From Tubulanus polymorphus (taxonomy: Eukaryota > Animalia > Nemertea), in contig NC_134026.1 of NCBI RefSeq assembly GCF_964204645.1, positions 4,549,950 through 4,613,949 on the forward strand: a DNA stretch of 64,000 nucleotides. The letters run 5' to 3'. Below the pieces are notes generated by a model. The model had not been told where the DNA came from. It made no database searches and worked only from the letters and a program-made list of their open reading frames with translations. The stretch's first letter is position 1, and the number at the start of each line of letters is the position of its first letter. A program made the translations under genes and the position numbers. This document shows positions 1-21,369 of this stretch, piece by piece.

Positions 1-37
1 TTAATACGGCAACAATTTCTATATCATTACAACATAC

Positions 38-3000
38 CCTAAATTAGTTTCATGACCGCCAGCTTTAGGAGCCTGCGAAGCCCTTTCAAACGGACAGATC
101 TTGTATGTATATTCTCGGTCCGTAAATTCATAACATTCTCCTTTCAACGGGTAAAACTCGTTATTTGCCCCCATGTCTAACGCAAGGGTCGTTTGAATAT
201 CACTGAAAACAATAATAATTCCATAAATAACATGATTTCTTTTGTATACAACTTCCAAGAGATTATGCTCGTAACTAGCAGACAATTCCAAGGAAAAACA
301 AAAATCTTACCTCATTTGTCTATTGTGCTCATTCAATTTGTCTTCAGCTTGTTTGAAAGTGTCACGCGCTTGATCAGCCACTAGAAAAGACAGTTTTTTG
401 AGAGGATTACTCAAAGGAATGTATTATGAAGTTATGCAAATAACAAATTCATGTAACATTCTATGCAAAACCTAGAGCTTTCCTTGATCCAGATATATCT
501 ATTTGCAAACACCATTACAAGCTCATGAATATAACACTGTAAATTTACCTTCAATTAGTTTTTTCGTCTCTTCGTCATAATCCGGCTTTTGATCTTCATC
601 TGGCTCTTCAGCATTTTCATCTTTTCCTTCTTCTTGGTCTTCATCTTCGTCTTCTTCGTCTTTAGGTAGTTCCTCTTCCTTCTGAATAAACACGGAATGA
701 TTTCATGTTCATCTTACGACGAAAAACAATCCAGTGGAAAAGTCACACGTTGAATAACATAAAATCAGCATAAAAAACAATGAGTGGTATGCATATTTCC
801 CAACATCAGACGATATTCTGATATCCTTGACCATCAAAATTGGATGAGGATTACTGAAAAAAGTATTTCAATAAAGGGAATTCTAGAATCAGGATGCCTA
901 TATGAAACCACCTCCAGTAGAATATGTTAAGAGCTGAAGGTAATAAACTAAGCATATCAATACATATTTTCACCCTAAACTAGAGATTTCAATAAGGGGC
1001 AGTTTATGGCACCAGTCAATTTTACTGGATCAAGTTCCGGTTATCAGTTAAATTTGACCCATAAAACATTGAAAATGAAATGATTTCAACTCTTCAGTTA
1101 ACTCTTACTCACGACTGTGGAACCGGGCCCTGAAGTTTAGATTAAGTCCATTATTCGCAAATTGAAACCCATGTACCTTAATACGAGGTTTAATGAAGAG
1201 AGTTGCACCCTGGATGCCTGCTAACTGAAAACTACAACCGGCATATAAGAAGTGGGAGAGAATTTGGAATACCTCTTTATGACCTTTAATTTTTATGCGC
1301 AAGCGAGGCATAAAATCATGACCAACGCCAGGGGCAGGTCGCTGCTGCTGCTGCTGCTGCTGCTGTACGACCTGCTCGTGGATGATCGGAAAAACAACAA
1401 AAGATCGAAAAAATACTTTTAAGACCAATTGAAATGAGAAAAATTTCGCCATTCAAAGAAAATGTGGGGTCTGGGGAGTATGTAGAAAATGTGAAAATAC
1501 CAAAACGACGACCATTCATTAAGTAGGGAAAACAAGTCAAATGTGTCCATTGAATAATTTTTTCCCACTAAATTATGTACATAGGAAAAGATGACAAGAA
1601 TTTCACAGACCCCTCGTTAAACTATATGGAAAGCCCAAACTTCAACAGATTTTCAAAACGAAGACAAACTAAGAGATCAAAATATTTCTTTCGTCAATAT
1701 CCTTTGCTCGTACTTACTGGTTTTTCTGCTTGTGGCTTCTTGTACATATGTTTAATACTCTCCCATATCTTGCCTTTATACACATCGAAATTGATGCTTT
1801 CCTTATCTTCGAAGTATTCCTTAAAAAATGACATAATACTGTAGCAATACAATGATGGAATTAACTGATGCATTTTTTTCAATGCCAGTAGAAATTCGTG
1901 ACAGTTTGTAGTACGTTTGAAAAGGTGAACATTCAACAACATGGTATCACAAAATAAACAACTTTGAGAAATGCTATTTACAACAAGGAACTGACTTATT
2001 GAAATGAAAAGGCTACAATTCCTGGAAATATTACAGATGTTGTATCTAGTAAATATACCTTCACTTCATCGACGGAAACTTCACCATCCGAATTTGAGTC
2101 AAATTCGGAGTGTTGTTGCATCTCCTGTACAGATATTCTACAAATGAAACGCGAAGCGGTAACAACAAACATCATTTAGTTTTAAGCATTGAAATATAAA
2201 TTCTAGTCCCCCTGAGACAAAAGGTCTGAGTAAGGCGTGTTTGAATGCTAACTTACTCTCCATCCTCGTTTGTATCTAATTCTTTAAACGAGTCTTCAGT
2301 TTTCTTCGTCTCTCTTTCTGCATCTTTTTCCGCTTTTAAAACTGTAAAACAAAGTTGTTTTTTTTCTCTCAATTCAATGAATTTCCATTTACAGAAGTAT
2401 AGCCCACAATAGAAATTACAGGAACGAGATGATAAAACAGACCTTCCCATTCTTTATCAAATTTCTCTTTAGCCTCGGTTTCAGGAGTTTCAGCTTCATT
2501 CTTAATTTCTAAAACATGAAAAGAATTTGTAGGGCATTCGAGCCATTGCTGGAGCATACAACTGTGGAAACAAGTAAGAATAAATTATTTACTTACTTTC
2601 TGCTTCATTTTTGGCATCTTGCAAACCTTGCTTTTGTGACTGCAACTCTTGTAATTTCAGCTATAATTTGAAGAATAAGAAAACACTGAAAAAATGTTGT
2701 AATCAATTTAATTTCTGCTCTGTTTCGATCACCGTGAATGTATTAATACCTGGTTTTGCTGTTTGGACTCCAGTCCCTGTTTTTGGTAGTCTATATATAA
2801 CTGGTAGCCCTCCTGTTGTAGTTTGCGAAGTCTCTCCGCTTCTTCGCGCATCACTTTACCCATCTCACTAAGACAAAGACAAAAACAACTATAAAATTTT
2901 CTCCAAGTAGCCTAACGAAAAAGGAGAAAAATGGAATTGACAATGAAAGGTCTCCTCTTTTTATTGTACTAATGATACTCTTTAGGTTAAGTTGATTCAA

Positions 3001-4619
3001 TCAGTGTATGGGTGAGAAGCCCATGACTCCAATAATCCATAATCACCAACCTCTTAACAGACTGTGGCCAGTTTTACAAAATTAAATTATCATAAGACGG
3101 CAACCTTCTCATTTTGAATGTGAATTGATTGTGATTAACTTTATGAAACCTGGTCTTTACACCATTCAGTTACTTGTCAGATTAGCTGAATATTTGTAAC
3201 AGCAAAACTAAATCTAAGAAACAAGTTATTTAACTTATCACTTGGTTCTTTTACGTAATGAATTAAGATTAAACATTCTGTGTTGAACTTACTTGCAAGT
3301 ATTAGAGCAATTAGCAAGTCCCGATGATTCATCAGAGCCATCACAACAATCTTTAAACAAACAAACATACATTTGGTCATTTCGAGGGTAGCCATTGGGT
3401 ATAATTCAAATTCAGAGGGTATTCTAATTTAAATTTGATTATTTCCATGATTCTCATTGTTGTACTATACAGTAAACCTCAGGAAACTTTGCCTTACTCG
3501 GACATGGCCAACTGGGTACTTTTGACTAACTCTGACAAAATGCGAAATCATTTTCCTATACTTAATTCTGACTTTCACTTAACTCAGATGAATTTTGCCA
3601 GTCCCAGTTTGTCAAAGTTAGGCGTGGTTAACTGTATATGAGATTAAAGCCCCTTCATTTTTAAACCTAAATATCATAGGCCGCGCAAAATACTGGGACG
3701 TTACATATTCTATGAAAAAGTGGGCGATTAATGAAGATCTATGACACAACAAGAGATAGAATATATCACTCACCGCAAATACCATCATTAACTCTGGATG
3801 AGAATATATATTCAGGTCTGTATCCCGCATTCACGCAATAGAATTGACCATTAGCACATGCCGAGGTACCTGTATGTAGAAGAGGTATTCATACACCTAA
3901 GAATTCACGAGCAAATAAATCAACTGATATCACAACTAAAGAGAAATATGGATAATGGATCTTAATAAGTAAATGCTATTCACATCAAGAACGTTTAGAT
4001 AACTACCACAAAATGGATATTGCATATTCAGTAAAACTATTTTCAAGTATAGATTTGGTATTAAAATAATTTGAAGCGTAGACCGACAGGTCCGTGATTT
4101 TCTAACCAAGCTTTTCGAATTATTCATAGTCTTACCCGGTTCATCGGTGCCGTCCATGCAGTCGCAGTAATCGTCATTAACATGGTGGAATGGAATCGAC
4201 CGCGAACCATCGAGACACGTAAAATCAATATCAGGGTTGTAAAAGGACAATTCTGCAAATATAGCAGAACGAAATCAATCAACATCAACACTAACAGACT
4301 TTATACTTGGATTAGGCCAAACAAATTATCCAGACTACCCGAGTAGGATTATCGAACGCACTTTAAGTGTGAGTATGGGAGCGAGTGCTTGGTGGAACAA
4401 TAAATTGATTGGAATTGATGATGATTAGTCGAGCAGAGTGAAAAAGTACGGCTGCCTACTCGATATTGCGACTCCTTTGACTTTCAGCGCTGTGTTGGAT
4501 GCAGATACGCCGTTCTCTGACCCTATAACCAGAATGTAATTTAGGAGGATTAGGGAGAAAACGCAGTATTTTTGAAGATTAACAAACCCGGCACGAACTT
4601 CTACGTCAACAGTCGCCAT
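38..4619 (-). CDS. PRKCSH: Glucosidase II beta subunit (80K-H), multi-exon, 3' end runs off the left edge
   Basis: Exons read with GT-AG borders: 4460-4619 (ATG, signal-like hydrophobic stretch), 4136-4252 ([30 protein letters not shown]), 3774-3869, 3293-3350 (DCCDGSDE), 2750-2867, 2597-2660, 2443-2508, 2257-2341 and 2059-2137 (EF-hand-like, LDTNEDG), 1718-1819, 549-681 (acidic), 311-380, 38-202 (MRH domain: [18 protein letters not shown]). The C-terminal exons are not in the window. Confidence 0.95.
1028..1129. mobile_element. Degenerate PIF/Harbinger-like MITE (CWG target)
   Basis: Right end ACTGTGGAACCGGGCC resembles the copies at 15505 and 23152. CTG flanks both sides (1025-1027, 1130-1132). 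Confidence 0.6.
1342..1365 (-). repeat. (CAG)8 trinucleotide repeat inside a PRKCSH intron (candidate cassette exon)
   Basis: Eight perfect CTG units on the + strand. Confidence 0.95.
3470..3634. mobile_element. Tc1/pogo-like MITE
   Basis: Imperfect TIRs CAGTAAACCTC / GTGGTTAACTG with TA on both flanks. Confidence 0.6.
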
Positions 4620-5202
4620 TTTAACCCGTTTAAATTTCTCGATGAAACGACGCCTTGAAATTCAGATACTTTCCTCCGTAGTATTTTATTTCCCAGTTGG
4701 ACAAAACATGTCATCAGTATACCTTTTTGTAAAAGGTAAAAAAGTGAGCTGCTTCATTGGTAATTTTATTTTACTGAGCATTTTAGAGGCAATACAACCT
4801 TCCATGATTTATTTTGCCTTTTCTAGTAAGTGCGGAAACCAGTCCAATTTCAAGTACATGACACGATGCGGCGCTAAGTCTAAAACGCGCCCTCTAGCGC
4901 GTATCGAGAATTCAGAACCCGGAAATGCGAATTGCTTTGGAAGAAGAATTTTCCAAATATGGCATGAAACGTAGTTGCATTATATAAATCGCGACCCTCG
5001 AACTGTGGAGTGTCATTAAAGGTGGCCTCATATAAAACCAGGGCATTATCGTCGACGAAGTGTTGTATCGATTAGACCCCGCGGGACAGGCTGACATCGC
5101 CCTACGTCTTAGTGGAAAGTAATTCTGAAAAGTGATTTGAAGTTAAAAAATTGAAGGACCTGTTTAAATTGAACGCGGCCCGATTAATCGTGTGGAAAGT
5201 AG
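4620..5202. promoter_or_regulatory. Divergent PRKCSH/GLDC promoter with TATA box and GLDC 5' UTR exon
   Basis: CpG-rich interval between head-to-head genes. TATAAAA at 5031-5037. Donor AG|GTAAGT at 5203 and acceptor TTCACAG ending at 5372 define a 5' UTR intron upstream of the GLDC ATG. Confidence 0.6.
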
Positions 5203-5388
5203 GTAAGTAAATTATCGCCTTTTTATAAAGAAACCTAAATAAGCCGTGTAATGTTGTTGTTAAGCAAACACGGGAAATAACAAGATTTGACATTGACATT
5301 CTGGCAATTCTATATTACGAGTTGAAAACTTATATTATTATTAATAAAGAATCTCACTCTCATTGTTCACAGGATCATCATTGACATA

Positions 5389-14773
<9,385 letters not shown>

Positions 14774-15504
14774 AATGATTGACCCATTTTCGTGTCATCA
14801 CTGACGTTTTTTTGGAAACTGTACAAGGCAAGCAATCATTTCGTCGCGGAATTGCTGTTTAACACATTTGTTACGTATATCGTTTAGTATTGTATTTCGA
14901 CCTTACATGTATGCAACATTGAACGAGCAAATTCTTTATAAGATACCGGTTGATCATAAATATATCGTAGATTGTAATCATAAATGTATTCTATTTATAT
15001 GTTATTTGTATAAAATATTAATGTTATTATGAGGGTAATCACTTGGGGCGTTTAATGATGCCGGTTACTCTGCCTAAAGTGCGATTGTATTGAGTATAAA
15101 GAACTGGTAAAACAGTTCATGTACAAAAATTGTTACGTAGGTGTTGATATTGTACATGTCCAGGTATAATTAGATTGTCCATAACACATACTGTAATCTG
15201 TGTATTATTTATCTCATTCTTATTAGAAGAATTAAGCTCCCTAATGTGCTAAATTTACATTCCCTCGTATTGAACAAAATTTACAAGTTTGAGATGACAC
15301 CGTTTTGGAACTCTGCTTGTATTTTCATAAGGTAATTCGCTTCTAGCTTCTGTACATAGCAATTATAGTTAGATACAACACAGGGCGCAGGAAAAACAGG
15401 GTCGAAATCATTATTGTATGAATTAAACAAACAATATGGGTGTGTTCATGAAGTGTGTACGCATGCTAATCTGAATATTCTAATAGGCAGTCCTATATGA
15501 TCTG

Positions 15505-15588
15505 GGTCCAGTTCCACAGTTCGAGTTAAGATTTAACTCGTGAGTTTACTCATTGAAAATGAGCCAACTCCATCTGTGTAACTGGGTC
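15505..15588. mobile_element. PIF/Harbinger-like MITE (CWG target) in the GLDC 3' UTR region
   Basis: GGTCCAGTTCCACAGT...AACTGGGTC with CTG/CAG flanks. Internal GAGTTAAGATTTAACTC is shared (reverse-complemented) with 23152-23258. Confidence 0.7.
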
Positions 15589-18119
15589 CAGTAGTGTATT
15601 TGAATCATAATATCATTAAGTGCGAAGGGAAAATGACAAAATCTTGAGCATTATTACCTCAGGGATATGGTGTACACACTTAATGAAGATTACTCCGCAT
15701 GGTAATTTGACGAAGCTTTTATGCGTATCATTAACCTAGGCTAAATTCAATACATCATACACGTTTTTATGTTCACTAAACATAGTGATTTTGAAAGGAA
15801 TGTCTATATTATTTAAACTATGCAATGATACAAGTAAATGTTGAGCTTCACTAATCTAATGGTGTCATAAAAGCAGCCATGGAAAATCATACACTTTATA
15901 TGTGCTATTTCCGAACAATGTGATGTTTAATGATGAACCATAAAGAATCTAGTATCGACATAAAACATTAATGTTTTTTATTATTTGACTTACTCGGTGA
16001 TTAATTTACGATAACCATTTTTTCTTCATGTTCCTTGATAATAAATATCGTTGTGACCATATTATATTACATACATTTTTTTATTCATTGTGTCAATTCA
16101 AAGGATAATGAAACCCATATTAGATGTCGAAATGCTGCAACCTCTAGATTTGTCAATCCTGATGAAACTGTTTGTTTGGGAGTAAAGTGAAACTTCAGTA
16201 TAGTCATCTTTTGTGGTAAAATGATTATGCTGCACCCAGGATCGGTCTTACGGAGTACCCACCCAGGCATGTGCAAGTGGAAGTTTTTCCTGAATACCCT
16301 TTGCGAGAGCCACAGCAAAGAAAATTAATAATGCCCTTCTTAGCCCTCATTCATGGTACCTCATTCTCGGCAGGCTATTGCAGTCAGTTGGAATCTGTAG
16401 ACAAAATCTCGATGGTCGATGAAATTCTTTTCATAGTGCAGCGGAATGTTCCCAGAAAGCTACCAATTTACAAATGATAGCCATAGCTAGTAATATGTAC
16501 TAGAATCAGAAAAGCTCCTCTCCATCATTCCTAACACATTAGACAATACATCTGATTGATTTTAAGTTAAAAAGGTTTATTCTTCCATACGAACATGATT
16601 TTATATTTCATTGATGGTATAATATCTGAAAAAAATGTCGGCTTCCTAAAATATAAATACAAATCTACAAATACACATCGACAAGCGAGAACAATTGATT
16701 TTAATCACTCGAATATTGCTTCTAACAAAACCAATTTTTTAACCAGTTGAAAAATGTTCACTTAATAATAAAAACGACAACCAAAATGAACTAGAATTGA
16801 ACGTGCAATAAGGAAATCTATCTAACGCTACATCAGAAAGAATATTTTGGCCAAATATTCAGTTATCAATGGAAGCTACCTGTTTCATCCAGAGAGCGAT
16901 CCAAACAAACTCACGAGTTCCTCCGAGCACACGGCTACACATTTCAATCAGAATATTCCTTATTGAGATAAATTCCAAAACGACATTCCTTGACTGTTTG
17001 ATTGAATCGAATATTGAAACTAATCCTCAAGTATGCTTCCATCAGCACGCCCTCCTTACATAGTCATAGTACATCAAAGTTAATATTTAGTTACAAACAA
17101 TAGCCCTCAATCCAATATCCAAAATATGAAGTTTCTTAAATTGCTAATAATATTGCCAGGATCCTGTGATGGTAATCCATTTCTCTGAGATAGTGATTTA
17201 ATGTGCCTAAATATGCCTAAAAGAATTTGAGATATCAATCATCCGAAAGGTTGCTTTGCCAAAATTGTTTAGGACTTTTAAGATGCATGAAGTGCACACA
17301 TGAATCCGCGAAAATCCTGATAATCCAAGCAAAGATTTGATTTCCGGTGATTCCAGAATCCAGTGAATTCCTATCAGAGGTTCCTACGAAGAGACTATAT
17401 GTTTGCAAGTATGCATCCTAGGATCTCCTTTGAGCAAATCCACTTTTTAAAGACATGCTTCAATCCCCGACCTTTGGATAAACGAGAAATAAAACAGATA
17501 ATTAGACATCGAGGTTAATGATTACATACGAAGCAAGCAAAAATACAGGTCATATAAGCAGCGATCGGAGGATAGAATAAAGCCCGATCTTTTTGTACGA
17601 GTTACGACAAAAATGTGATGTCTCAATTTAGGGATGTTTCCAAATTTCAAAAACGCTGTACGAATTAAACTTATATTTTTTCTAATCAATTATTTTGAGA
17701 ATTTAACGTTTTATGCACACACCATTTGATAATAGTTTGAATCCGTATCGGAGTTACGGTGAATTCAAATTCTTTAGCGTTTAACGATAATACGACATTT
17801 CAATAATGGGATAGTACAGACAAATAGTTATATTTACAAATTGGTCCAAAATAAGTCGTCTCATATATTTACACGCACTACATTAGTACAAAATGATGCT
17901 CAATAATATCATTATACCTATATCAATAATAATAATAGTAATAAAACCCATTCACTTTGTTCTTACTGACTGACAAGACGGTAGTTGCCAGCTATACACG
18001 ATTCAGTAAAAACTGAAAGCGTCGAGGAGCAGTAGTAACATTTTCATCCGCTTAAACGCAAACCATTCTCTCTCTCTCTCTGTGTACATTATCATCAGTT
18101 TTAGTCACCGGTTGCGGGT

Positions 18120-20836
18120 CTAGTACGGCGAATATCGGCAATGTTCGCGGCTAGCCGATTTGGATCGCGAACGCGAAAACGAACGCTTCATCGACGAATA
18201 ACTCGGCGAACGTCGGGCTCGTCTCGGCGAGTAGCTACGACTTCTCGAACGACTACGCGACCTCGATTTGTGGTGCGAATGACCGCCGGCGCCGCTGCCG
18301 CCCGCGCCTCCACCACCGCCGCCGCCAACGCCACCACGGTCTTCGATTACTCGAATGTACGTGATTTCTCCCTGCAACGTGAAAAATACGTTCATATCTT
18401 CGTTCGTAATTGCATTTTAATACGACAATAAGGGAAACAAACGGTAAATACCCTAAAAACATTTAACCATCCATTTCAATTTTAGTTTTTGTTAACACGT
18501 TGGCTGCCAGGTTTATGAAACGGTGCTGTCACCAATTGCCACTACGAATATACAACTCGTAGGTTGGCACTGGAGCTGTTACTTGCTTGAAATCGACAGA
18601 ATGACGAGCACCGAGAATAAAGCTGACTTTGTACACATTGGCAGCCCACGCGTCAATGGGCAGGACAGGGGTCATCCATTTCATACGATAACAAAATTTG
18701 TCTCAATATCATCTCAAATCTACCCAGCGCCATAAGTAGAGTTCATAGTCAATTTTTCATTCTACAAGTAGCATCAAAGGCTACTGGAAGCAAGTTTGTT
18801 GTTTATATTTGCTGCGCCAGTTTGACCTCGTTACAACGAACTCATGGGGCTAAAAAAATCTGTTCATCATTTCAAATTAGTCTCATTTGAGATGCAATTC
18901 TAAATTTGTTTTATTTGCGATGAATCGCCAGAGTTCGCCATATATCAAAATGAGGTTTCACTGTATTATCATTATATTCTAAGATCCCGTAATAAATGGA
19001 CGACCCTCAGATGGGTTTCACGAGGAAGGTTACACGCACACTGTGAAATATGTATGAAAATATACAACCATACGAGGGCGAGCAGAGCAGGGACAACTAC
19101 ATACCATTTAAGACAATTAATCCTTTGATCCTAAATCATTCATTCAATATCCGTTTGGGGAAAGTTCAAGAAGTGATATTCCAGATCCTTATTATACGTT
19201 ACACAATAAATCATTGATGGTATATTTTCCCTCCTCTCGATCCCAGCTCAATCTAACCGAGTTCCGAGAGTTTTGTTTTGTCCTGAGCCGTTTTAGTTTG
19301 TATACAATGTCAACTCTCGGCCTTGGTTCCTAAATCTCGTTGTCCTCCTCCTCGAAGGTTTTATTAGGCGTTTGAATTCCAACTCCTTCTCGAGGCGAGG
19401 GATTCTTTTACAAAAAAAGATATCAATCGTTGCGAATCTCTGGCACCGGCTCTGAGCTTACAAACTAAATACACCGCATAATTCGCAAAGATAACAATTA
19501 ATAACGACAGGTTTTTAAAATCCTGCGCGGAAAACATTTTTTTTTTTCACGAAAAACCTCAAAACCGGTCTAACTATATCCGGGCCAAAATTTGGAAACT
19601 ATTTCAGATATATTTCTAGCCTAAAATTTCGAAACTGAGCTCTATTTTCGTGATTCCGCACTCGACAAAGTATTTTACCTAATTACTTCGGAATACGAAT
19701 ATCACCGGAATTGGGACTCGGGGCAAGTTTGCAAAGGCGTCGGCGAACTCAAAATATTCCTTATTACCTCGTGCGATTTGAACTTGGAGTCGTCCAACCG
19801 TTTGACAGCGTATTTCATATCGTTCTTATGAAGAAACTCCACCATACCGGTACCATCCTTGAACACATCGGCGAACGCGACATCTCCGGCCTCGCGCATG
19901 TGATCTTTCAAATCCTGCCAGCTTCCAGTCGGTGGCAGTCCTAAAATCAATGAAATTAACAAATATATCTCCACCTTCAACACAGCAATTGATTTTTCGG
20001 AGTAATTGCACTTTTGTACCCCCTCTAAAGGAAAGGATTAATAACTAATTAATTTGACCTAAAGGAATAGTTGAAAAGGAATTTAATTCATAAGAAATGA
20101 GTTTTTTTGGAGCCAAGTTAAGAGATCTTAAGTCTAAAAGACTTCAAAAATTGTGCTAAAAATCACATTAATTAGATTGTAAAAGAGTCATTGGTCCCTC
20201 CACTAAAATAGTGATTAACTTTTTAAGTGAAACGCGAGTTATGCAAGTCAAACGAATGGGCAAAAAGGAATAACGTAGCAATTTCTCTGAAGCACCTTTA
20301 ACAAATACTCGAAATTCAGTCCTTCTCGACGGACCACCTCCGCTGCCACCACCTCCTCCTCCACCGCCGCCACCGCCTCCCATTCCGCCGCCTCCTCGTC
20401 CCATACCACCTCCTCGTCCCATTCCTCGGCCCCGACTGCCGCCCTCGCCACCTCCTCGTCCTCCGCCGAAGTTATGACCTCGAGGACTTTCGACGCGCAG
20501 TTTGTAGCCGTCGTAATCGTAATTGTCACGTTTTCCGATGGCATCTTGAGCGTCCCTGAAAATATTGATACTATTAGATTAGTAAGGCGAGTCCAAGAAT
20601 CGAGTTTTGCAATGAAAACTTCACGATACACATTATTTCAACAGCAACAAATTACGGAAACGGTCTTACCTCGGGTCGTCGAACTCAACAAAAGCGAACG
20701 GCGGACCTCGTCTATTCTTCAAGTCGATGTCGATAATTCTCCCGTATTTGTAAAACAAATCTTCGATATCGCGCTCCCTGATATCGGGGGGCAGGTTTCC
20801 CACGTAAATCTTACCATCGCAGCGACTGTAAGACAT
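18120..20836 (-). CDS. SRSF1: Serine/arginine-rich splicing factor 1 family (SRSF1/SRSF9, ASF/SF2-like)
   Basis: Exons 20670-20836 (RRM1: [23 protein letters not shown]...[12 protein letters not shown]), 20296-20555 (Gly-rich linker), 19768-19940 (pseudo-RRM [21 protein letters not shown]), 18120-18371 ([10 protein letters not shown] domain, RYSPY*). Candidate polyA signal on the minus strand at 16576-16581. Confidence 0.95.
18487..18656 (-). ncRNA. Unassigned structured intronic RNA element (multibranched hairpin followed by ACA)
   Basis: Nested helices read by eye: 18639-18656/18492-18509, 18602-18613/18521-18531, 18565-18573/18532-18541, 18556-18562/18542-18548. Several G-U pairs form only on the minus (SRSF1 sense) strand. 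Confidence 0.5.
18818..18963. mobile_element. Tc1/pogo-like MITE in SRSF1 intron 3
   Basis: CAGTTTGACCTCGTTACAACG ... GAGGTTTCACTG followed by TA. Same TIR type as 42875 and 60525. Confidence 0.6.
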
Positions 20837-21369
20837 GATTTCGATGTGTTTTATCAGAGAAGAAATGCGAACGAAAAATGCTCAACACACTGGATAAAAT
20901 GGCGTCGACTTTTGTTCTCTCAGCGTCAGTCGGACTGGTTCCCGAGGCCGCGAAAAGCGCGGTGTTGAAATTCTGATAATAAATATCTTGCCTCTCAAAT
21001 TTTGTTTTGATTAGTGCATTTTATTTTTTACTTTCGGAACCTAGATGTTTTAAACCATCCGACTTTGAAACTGGCTAAATTTATCAATTTAGGTCTATTT
21101 AGATGTATAATATAGATCCCTCCGGTAGTATGTAAATAGTATGTTGTAAATAACGTTTGTTATATTTTGAAGTACTTTTATTTCCTCTTTTTGTTACTTT
21201 GTCTAACAATAGCCAATAATAGTATTTTTATACAAAGAAGCACGCAATAAAGTAATAATTGAATTCGATTTGTGTCGTTGCTTGCAGTTTCTGCACAGTC
21301 TCGAGAAGTCAGCTGATAAGCGCTGTCAAAATCTGGTGGTTGAAATTGCTGAGCGAATTAAAACAAATT

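Noticed and set aside
5031-5224. TATA box 29 nt before GTGTTGTAT (the U6atac 5' end as I recall it) and a T5 run, suggesting a Pol III snRNA gene
   Set aside because: The similarity stops after 9 nt with no AAGGAGA box. The segment ends in a strong donor (5203) paired with an acceptor (5372), so it is better read as the GLDC 5' UTR exon.
18487-18740. Assigning the SRSF1 intronic structure to U17/snR30, RNase P/MRP or telomerase RNA
   Set aside because: The m1/m2 motifs are only loosely similar and wrongly spaced from the ACA. There is no convincing P4 CR-I/CR-V pairing, and no CUAACCC template or P6.1 was found.
20474-20968. 164-aa + strand ORF, and similar antisense ORFs at 24910-25365 and 58384-58947
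   Set aside because: They are shadow ORFs antisense to real exons (SRSF1, thiolase, KIF22) with no recognisable motifs.
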